41,648 bases of DNA from Candidatus Woesearchaeota archaeon. Lineage in GTDB: Archaea > Nanobdellota > Nanobdellia > Woesearchaeales > GW2011-AR15. Below are positions 36,497-41,648 of the stretch, piece after piece. Location of the stretch: positions 1 through 41,648 of the forward strand of contig WJJD01000016.1 of the NCBI GenBank assembly GCA_014729915.1. Direction: 5' to 3'. Each line of letters starts with the position of its first letter. Positions within the stretch are counted from its first letter, which is position 1. A program made the position numbers and the translations under genes. Below the pieces are notes generated by a model. It was not told the DNA's origin and made no database searches. It worked only from the letters and a program-made list of their open reading frames with translations.

Positions 36497-36785
36497 AAAA
36501 ATCACAAGGTGATTTTTGGGCTTGAGAAATTTTGGATTTCCCAAATGTCGGAAATCCAAAGATTTCTGAGCACAGTCAAAAATCGCTTGGGCGATTTTCG
36601 ATGTGTTGGAAATGTTTTACATTTCTAATCATCGTCAGGAACCTTAATAAATCTGTCTGTCGGTTCCTGAGATGTCGGCAATCGGAGATTGCTGAGCATC
36701 ATCAGAAAAACGAAGTTTTTCCGAGATGTCGGAAACCCAAAGGTTTCTGAGCACAGTCAAAAATCGCTTGGGCGATTTTCGATGT
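36497..36785. repeat. tandem array of ~10 alternating stem-loops with conserved stem bases and linkers (candidate structured RNA)
   Basis: Hairpins: B0 36497..36517, A0 36526..36540, A1 36548..36569, B1 36576..36601, A2 36606..36628, B2 36635..36670, A3 36675..36695, B3 36702..36724, A4 36729..36750, B4 36757..36782. Compensatory pair changes occur between units. Confidence 0.85.
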
Positions 36786-36810
36786 TTTCCTCTGATTTTC
36801 TATTTATGTT

Positions 36811-36840
36811 ATTAAATTTCTTCTGATGAAGAAATTTAAT
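36811..36840. terminator. perfect 13-bp hairpin downstream of the 36896..37360 gene
   Basis: ATTAAATTTCTTC-TGAT-GAAGAAATTTAAT. On the minus strand, T-rich runs separate it from the gene's stop codon. Confidence 0.5.
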
Positions 36841-36895
36841 TAGAGTGGGGTGTTTGGCTCCTATAAAAATCTGAAAAAGTCAAGAAAAAACTTTT

Positions 36896-37360
36896 TCATA
36901 TTTTTATAATAATTGTTTTGTCTTCAAGTTCAGCTTCATCAAGAATCTGCTTTTTTTTTAATTTATTTACATATCTGTAAAATGTTGCTTTTGAACATAA
37001 TCTGTCTTCTTCAATAATAATGTCTCTAATTTCAGGAAGAGTTAGATTTCTTTTGTTAGCTAACTCTATGATTCTATTTTTTATTATGTATTTTTTATTT
37101 CTTTTTATTTTTCTATAAACCTTTTTTTTGTAAGGATCTTCTTGTTTTATATTTTTTATTGTTTCTGAAACAATTTCTTTTATTGTATTCTGGTCCAACG
37201 AACTGTTTTTTAGTTCTTTTCGAAGATTAATGTTTTCTTCTAATACACGCTTGTGTTCTTTTTTTAATTCAAGAAGTTCCTGATTCAGTTCTCTGATATC
37301 TTTTTTAATTTTTTCAAATGAATTTTTAAGAAGCTTCTTGTCAATATTTCCCCCACTCAT
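36896..37360 (-). CDS. coiled-coil protein with C-terminal HTH-like domain, unknown family
   Basis: The N-terminal heptad-rich region is IRELNQELLELKKEHKRVLEENINLRKEL. The C-terminal region is LTLPEIRDIIIEEDRLCSKATFYRYVNKLKKKQIL. Confidence 0.55.
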   Translation of the reverse strand: MSGGNIDKKLLKNSFEKIKKDIRELNQELLELKKEHKRVLEENINLRKELKNSSLDQNTIKEIVSETIKNIKQEDPYKKKVYRKIKRNKKYIIKNRIIELANKRNLTLPEIRDIIIEEDRLCSKATFYRYVNKLKKKQILDEAELEDKTIIIKI

Positions 37361-37444
37361 TATTTTTTATAATTTTTTTTGATATTTAAATTTTTTCAAG
37401 AAATTGTCTTCGTAAAAATATCAGAAAAATAATCAATTGAATTT

Positions 37445-37603
37445 TTGAGAAATTGTATTATTGAGACAGCTTTGAGACAGTCTCAGTATGTTTTGAGATT
37501 AATTTGAGACGGAATAATATCTTAATCTCCAGTCGAAATAAAGGGGTGTCTCAACAATGTCTCATGAGACTGTTTTGAGAAGAATAGAGACAGATTGAGA
37601 CAG
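37445..37603. repeat. cluster of ~11 TTGAGAC(AG) iterons in both orientations
   Basis: Direct copies start at 37445, 37461, 37472, 37493, 37504, 37575, 37586 and 37595. Inverted copies are at 37480..37485, 37548..37554 and 37559..37564. Palindromes are TGAGACAGTCTCA (37473..37485) and GTCTCATGAGAC (37559..37570). Confidence 0.9.
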
Positions 37604-37727
37604 AAAATAACTGAGCAATATTTAATATATTACTTAATAGTAAAAAAATAATGCTAATTTAAAGATTTTCACAACAGTTATTAATTAAATCATTTTTCTT
37701 TTTTTAATAAAAGGAGGTAAGAGAAAA

Positions 37728-38171
37728 ATGATAAAAGATTGTATTTTCTGTAAAATTATTAAAGGAGATATTCCTAGCGAGAAAATATATGAGGATGAGC
37801 ATGTCTATGCATTTTTAGATATTAATCCTGCTGCAAAAGGGCACACATTGGTTATCCCAAAGAATCACTCTGAAAATATCACTGACATTAAAAAAGAGGA
37901 TCTTAAACATACTATCTTTGTTGTAAAAAAACTTGCCCCTAAAGTAATGGAAGCTGTTTCTGCAGATGGTTTTAATATAGGGATGAATAATTTTCCTGCT
38001 TCAGGGCAGGCAGTCATGCACTCACACTTTCATATCATCCCGAGAAAAAAAGGAGATGCTATCAAGCTTCCTGTACAGGGAAAATATGAAAAAGGGGAAA
38101 TTGAAAAAGTAAAAAAGTTAATAATCCAAAAATTAAAAAACATAAAGCTAACATCATCCCAGCTTTTATAA
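37728..38171 (+). CDS. HIT-family (Hint-like) nucleotide hydrolase
   Basis: CIFCKII...AFLDINPAAKGHTLVIPK...HSHFHIIPR is a histidine triad. Confidence 0.85.
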   Translation: MIKDCIFCKIIKGDIPSEKIYEDEHVYAFLDINPAAKGHTLVIPKNHSENITDIKKEDLKHTIFVVKKLAPKVMEAVSADGFNIGMNNFPASGQAVMHSHFHIIPRKKGDAIKLPVQGKYEKGEIEKVKKLIIQKLKNIKLTSSQLL

Positions 38172-38225
38172 CATTAAGAACCAATAAATATAACGAGTCA
38201 CAACAAAGAAAAAAAACCTTTATAA

Positions 38226-38250
38226 AAAAATGAATCACAGATTCATTTTT
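38226..38250. terminator. perfect A5-stem-T5 palindromic hairpin between convergent HIT and L41e genes
   Basis: AAAAATGAATC-ACA-GATTCATTTTT has an 11-bp stem. Confidence 0.5.
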
Positions 38251-38355
38251 TTATCTTTTGATCTTTCTTTTTCTTTTCTGTTTTTTCATTCGTTTTCTTT
38301 GCCATTTCCATCTCATCTGGCCTTTTTTTTTCCATCTTCTTGAACTTCTTTTCAT
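38251..38355 (-). CDS. rpl41e: ribosomal protein L41e-like (34 aa, extremely basic)
   Basis: The hand translation is MKRSSRRWKKKGQMRWKWQRKRMKKQKRKRKIKR. The RxWKKKG.MRWKW..KR pattern fits my memory of archaeal L41e. AGGTGA lies about 10 nt upstream of the ATG. The gene is below the ORF-track cut-off and antisense to spurious ORF 38258..38473. Confidence 0.6.
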   Translation of the reverse strand: MKRSSRRWKKKGQMRWKWQRKRMKKQKRKRKIKR

Positions 38356-38385
38356 TTTATTAAATTTCACCTTTATTATCATGAA

Positions 38386-38516
38386 TGGCTCGTCCGGGAC
38401 TTTCATCAATCTTTTGAATTGTTTTGAACCCGGGTCACAGCCTTTCTTCTTTAGGTTCGAAAGGGCTGAATGATTGATTGTCCAAACATATGTTTTCCGG
38501 ACTACACCAACGAGCC
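38386..38516 (-). tRNA. tRNA-Glu (anticodon TTC) interrupted by three insertions (D-loop, anticodon loop, T-loop)
   Basis: Hand-folded from the reverse complement. The acceptor is GGCTCGT/ACGAGCC plus A, with the typical Glu D-arm start TGGTGTAGTCCGG. The anticodon stem CAGCC/GGCTG flanks CTTTCGA plus 14 extra nt. The T stem CCGGG/CCCGG encloses 30 nt starting TTCAAA. Total length is 131 nt against about 75 expected. Confidence 0.75.
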
Positions 38517-38541
38517 GTTAGCTTCTTTGAAATTTTTAGTT

Positions 38542-38554
38542 GTTTTTAAAAGTT
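38542..38554 (-). promoter_or_regulatory. TATA-box-like element for tRNA-Glu
   Basis: AACTTTTAAAAAC on the minus strand lies 26-38 nt upstream of the tRNA 5' end. Confidence 0.45.
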
Positions 38555-38621
38555 ACTATGAATTTCTAACAAATTTCATCTTGCTATACTTTTAAATATC
38601 ACTCAATTTTTTATTACATAC

Positions 38622-39251
38622 ATGGAAAATGACACTATTGGATTAACTTATGAACTTCTTTTTAAGATTGTAAGAAATGAAAGAAAAAATCCTGATCTCC
38701 AAAATATTGATAAAGACATCTATGAGAAAATTATAGATTATGTAAAAAACAAAGATGATATTTATCATAGTTCTAAGGATTCTGTCACTCAAAAAGAGCA
38801 AGAAAAGATCCAGACACAAATAAAAAATATAAAAAAGTTAATCAAACAATTATTCAATCTGCGAGAAAAAAAAATAATTATTCTTGCAATAAACACTGCA
38901 AGAACTAGCTCTGAAATCAAAATAAAAGATATTCTTCCAGAAGAAAAAAAATTGTATGATATTCTGGTTGAGGTTTTGTCAGAATTCAGAAAGAGTGTAT
39001 TAGATCATTTATTAAAAGGAACATATCCTGAGTATGTTGAAAAAAAGAAAACAAGAAGAAAAAAAGGAAAACAAAAATCTGAACAGGAAAATAAATCAAA
39101 TAAAATTAAAGTCAGATTTCTTGACAACATTCCAAAATTTGTCGGACCTGAATTAGAGATTTATGGACCGTTTGAACCAAATCAGATCTTCTTTCTGCCT
39201 ACTCAGATCGCAAAAATCCTTGTTGATAAAAAAAGGGCTGAAAAAATATGA
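38622..39251 (+). CDS. GINS complex subunit (Gins51/Gins15 family)
   Basis: LTYELLFKIVRNERKNPDLQNIDKDIYEKIIDYV is at the N-terminus. The C-terminal B-domain-like VRFLDNIPKFVGPELEIYGPFEPNQIFFLPTQIAKILV follows. Confidence 0.6.
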   Translation: MENDTIGLTYELLFKIVRNERKNPDLQNIDKDIYEKIIDYVKNKDDIYHSSKDSVTQKEQEKIQTQIKNIKKLIKQLFNLREKKIIILAINTARTSSEIKIKDILPEEKKLYDILVEVLSEFRKSVLDHLLKGTYPEYVEKKKTRRKKGKQKSEQENKSNKIKVRFLDNIPKFVGPELEIYGPFEPNQIFFLPTQIAKILVDKKRAEKI

Positions 39252-39365
39252 GAAACCATTCATTAGCAAATTCAGACTCTTCTATGTAATGATGCACAAA
39301 ATACATCATGTTTACACCAAAAAAAAGAGTATCAAATATTTTTCCAAATTATATATTGTTCTATC

Positions 39366-39770
39366 TCATAATAAGAAGTACAATATAACCGGCAATATCA
39401 AGCATCCCATCGCATGATTCCTCCCAATATTCTTCAAAGGAGCGATCAGGCCGATCGCAGTTGATGTAAATAAAACCAAGATCCCTATTGGTCCATTTAA
39501 AAATAAACTCATTGCAAAGATAAAAATAATTATTGAAACAACCAGCATCTTATAATTCACTTTAACTATTAATTTACTAAATATCTTTGAAAAAACAAAG
39601 TTAAAAAAACTGAAATACTACCAGCAACCAAAAATACAAAAACCAAAATTAAAAAAGAATTAAAATCAATCTCCATTAGTTTACTGATAACAACAATAGT
39701 CCCGTCCTTTGCTTTTCCCAAAGTATTGCTTTCATTTGACAAAAGAGCATTATTTAAATGAAGATCACAA
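39366..39770 (-). pseudogene. frameshifted paralogue of membrane-protein gene 40922..41317
   Basis: Upstream of track ORF 39366..39560, another frame reads LSNESNTLGKAKDGTIVVISKL...AGSISVFLTLFF, matching the paralogue. The two frames join only if one T is added to the T6 run (A6 at 39590..39595 on the + strand). There is no ATG start. Confidence 0.6.
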
Positions 39771-39790
39771 ATAAATCAAAAAAACCAAAC

Positions 39791-40639
39791 TTATTTTACC
39801 AAATTTATTAACATCATTGTTGCTTGTTCGTATTGTGGAGGAGGATTTCTCCTTATTTCATCTATTGAACAATAGATTATTCCTTCTTGAGTTGCATGTC
39901 TATCTGTAAAAAAAAGTTGTACATTTTCTCTAGGAATCTCTGCATTGCGACCTAAACGCTCCAAATCTTTCAGATTAAAATCTCTGAGATAAAATAATAA
40001 TCTATCTTCTTTATTCGGAACCCCATCTATTATAGGGACTCTTGCATATTCCCATGCCGAGCTTTCTCCATGAGCATAAAAAGATTCTATTATCATCTGC
40101 CCTCCTGGTAAAAGCGCATCATAATATCTTTTCAGTAAATTTGCTCTTTGTAAATCTGCTTCCTCAGAGCTAACTCCTGGATAAAGCACGTGCATAAATG
40201 ATCCCATCCATATTATCGCGTCATATTTCTGTGGTGCTTCTTTAGGGATTCTATCTTTCATGTCATGCACATACACGTTGAAACCGTATTGTTTAGCAAT
40301 ATCTAACATTTTCGCACTTAAATCAACTGCATGCACTTCAACATTTTCTAAGTCATCTCCTCCATATTCTCTTAGAATACTATATTCTACTGTTCCAGGA
40401 CCGCAACCCAAAAGTAATACACGAATAGGTTTACCTAAAAAAGATTCCTGCAACATTTTTAGTACCCTATCTGTAAGTTCATTTGACATATCAGCTTCAT
40501 TTCTATTCCCTTCATCATATGAATCTGATACAATTCCAAAATTTATTGCAAGCCTTTTATATTCTTCTTTTGAAATTTCTGATTCACGCAATGCTTTTGT
40601 ATAATCATCTCTTATTTTCCATTTTATTTCTGATGGCAT
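39791..40639 (-). CDS. class I SAM-dependent methyltransferase
   Basis: Motif I is VLLLGCGPGT. The acidic post-I residue is in VHAVDLS, and motif IV-like is IIWMGSFMH. Confidence 0.75.
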   Translation of the reverse strand: MPSEIKWKIRDDYTKALRESEISKEEYKRLAINFGIVSDSYDEGNRNEADMSNELTDRVLKMLQESFLGKPIRVLLLGCGPGTVEYSILREYGGDDLENVEVHAVDLSAKMLDIAKQYGFNVYVHDMKDRIPKEAPQKYDAIIWMGSFMHVLYPGVSSEEADLQRANLLKRYYDALLPGGQMIIESFYAHGESSAWEYARVPIIDGVPNKEDRLLFYLRDFNLKDLERLGRNAEIPRENVQLFFTDRHATQEGIIYCSIDEIRRNPPPQYEQATMMLINLVK

Positions 40640-40921
40640 ATTATTATTAAATGCAGAACCTATTTAAAAATTTAATTGATTGTTATTATTTGCTAAGGAC
40701 GATATGATGTCTTTACTAAAGTCTATCAACAAACTAATTTTATCCTGTTAATTATGAAAAATTGTATCCCAATCTAAAATTATTTTCGTTATTAAAGAAG
40801 AAAGTAAATGACAATTGGCTAAATAAGACATCCCATAACATGCGAGCCTTTAACCGCTCCCTTCGATCGCTAAAGGTTTGACCCAAACACGTGGCACTTT
40901 GCGCTTTCGCTTCAGTCCCAC

Positions 40922-41317
40922 TCATAATAAAAAGTATAATATGACTGGTAGTATCAAACACCCCATCGAGTGGTTTCTGCCTATACCTTTCAAAGGAGCA
41001 ATTAAACCGATAGAAGTAGAAGTTATCAAGACAATTAGTCCTATCCAGCCGTTCAAAAACAAGCTCATTAATAAAATAAAAACAATGATTGATATGACAA
41101 GAAGTTTATAATTTACTTTGACGATCAATCTTGAAAAAATCTTAGAAAAATACAATGTCAAAAATACAGCAACCGAACCTGCTATCAAAAAGACTACAAT
41201 AAGCAAATAAAATTTTAATTTATCTATCTCAAGCAATTTAGATATTACAACAATCGTCCCGTTCTTTGCCTTTCCCAAAGTATTGCTTTCATTTGACAAA
41301 ATATGTAATTTATACAA
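40922..41317 (-). CDS. small 3-TM membrane protein (unknown family), intact paralogue
   Basis: 131-aa ORF with a TTG start. Its C-terminus GLIAPLKGIGRNHSMGCLILPVILYFLL is nearly identical to that of 39366..39560. Confidence 0.55.
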   Translation of the reverse strand: MYKLHILSNESNTLGKAKNGTIVVISKLLEIDKLKFYLLIVVFLIAGSVAVFLTLYFSKIFSRLIVKVNYKLLVISIIVFILLMSLFLNGWIGLIVLITSTSIGLIAPLKGIGRNHSMGCLILPVILYFLL

Positions 41318-41507
41318 AATCTCTCTTTATTGGAAATAGAATTATTGATATAAACCTGGTTAATAGTTAAGTCAGAAAAAGTTTGAGATACATATGTTCA
41401 CCAAATTGGGCATCCAAAAAATTTTTATATTATTAAACTGTAGATAAGAATTGGTGATATTTATGAAAAAACAATTTATAACAATTATGTTAATTTTTTT
41501 ATCAATG

Positions 41508-41648
41508 TGGACTGACCCCCTTTTTTCGACAGGGAGATAAGCTACAGTATTGCCGATTTTTTTAACAATTCAAATTCTTCAGGCGGCAGATAACCGATTC
41601 CTGAATGCAATTGTTTTTTATTATACACCTCTTCTATAAAATTTTTTA
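41508..41648 (-). mobile_element. end of an IS3-family-like insertion sequence (continues beyond window)
   Basis: A terminal TGGACTGACCCCC... (IS3-type TG end) lies at 41508. It is followed on the minus strand by the 3' end of an rve-integrase-type transposase. Confidence 0.65.
41542..41648 (-). CDS. transposase OrfB (rve/DDE integrase core) C-terminal fragment, 5' part outside window
   Basis: The hand translation is ...KNFIEEVYNKKQLHSGIGYLPPEEFELLKKSAIL*. The YN..R.HS.LGY..P..F motif is characteristic of IS3/IS481-type transposases. Confidence 0.7.
   Translation of the reverse strand, partial: KNFIEEVYNKKQLHSGIGYLPPEEFELLKKSAIL

Noticed and set aside
36699-36705. Hammerhead ribozyme, or a C/D-box C motif, suggested by CTGATGA on the minus strand inside the array.
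   Set aside because: It occurs in only one unit; the equivalent positions in other units read GACTGTG or GACGATG. There is no GAAA core element or cleavage-site context, and no matching D/D' boxes at the right spacing.
36532-36750. Track ORFs 36532..36750 (+) and 36263..36463 (-) as protein-coding genes.
   Set aside because: They lie entirely within the hairpin array and the inverted repeat. Their composition is odd (Cys/Arg-rich, low complexity), and the nucleotide-level structure explains the open frames.
36497-36785. CRISPR array interpretation of the hairpin array, with units of 54-71 nt.
   Set aside because: The 'repeats' differ in sequence with compensatory changes. The 'spacers' are themselves hairpins, two of them are identical (36570..36600 and 36751..36781), and no cas genes are nearby.
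36824-36874. C/D-box sRNA with TGATGA at 36824 and CTGA at 36871.
   Set aside because: The TGATGA straddles the loop and 3' arm of a perfect 13-bp hairpin. There are no convincing C'/D' boxes, and no terminal stem or k-turn geometry.
38258-38473. 71-aa ORF on the + strand.
   Set aside because: It is antisense to the L41e-like gene and to the tRNA-Glu gene. Its Phe/Leu-rich sequence is typical of the reverse strand of a Lys/Arg-rich gene.
375-41111. Numerous 60-145-aa track ORFs nested in or antisense to long conserved genes, for example 5497..5778, 15927..16155, 19030..20149, 23827..24240, 25554..25844, 27016..27453 and 40260..40604.
   Set aside because: Each is fully contained in a gene with clear family motifs on the other strand or frame. 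They have low-complexity composition typical of shadow ORFs in AT-rich DNA.
40752-41111. ORFs 40752..40961 (-) and 40878..41111 (+).
   Set aside because: They overlap the membrane-protein gene or are antisense to it. The analogous antisense ORF 39163..39417 at the paralogous locus shows these are by-products of the duplicated sequence.
1-41648. Alternative genetic code or stop-codon recoding.
   Set aside because: All long conserved genes (argS, proS, pckG, PMM, exosome subunits) read through intact with the standard code.

Overview
This is a visibly AT-rich, tightly packed archaeal chromosomal segment. Its gene content (L21e, S17e, L41e, Alba, Rpo4/Rpo6, TFE, GINS, exosome) and reduced layout suggest a DPANN-like lineage. 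Most of the window is information-processing housekeeping: rpl21e-rpoF-DUF655, albA-rps17e, argS, proS-proC, and the exosome/proteasome superoperon (Pop5-psmA-SBDS-rrp4-rrp41-rrp42-rpoK). It also carries tfe, GINS and a few metabolic genes: a GT20 OtsA-like plus GlgC-like pair, aminotransferase-pckG, PMM/PGM, nadK, an agmatinase-like gene, two radical SAM enzymes, flavodoxin and HIT.

The ORF track does not show several features:
- Two tRNA genes carry insertions at non-canonical positions: tRNA-Arg(TCG) has a D-loop insert, and tRNA-Glu(TTC) has three inserts.
- A 34-aa L41e-like gene and a 44-aa Cys4 ORF are present.
- The terminus of an IS3-like element lies at the right window edge.

The strongest candidate for something undescribed is the non-coding block at 36.2-37.7 kb. 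It holds a tandem array of about 10 stem-loops with conserved stem bases and linkers and compensatory base-pair changes between units. Beside it is a dense TTGAGAC iteron cluster, and the two flank a coiled-coil/HTH gene.

Other accessory signals are a decayed IS630 copy, diverged direct copies of a small membrane-protein gene bracketing a methyltransferase, a 45-nt operator/promoter module duplicated around a small-ORF/B12-radical-SAM/regulator locus, and a roughly 43-bp intergenic element present three times. I saw no CRISPR array, no rRNA and no recognisable defence system.
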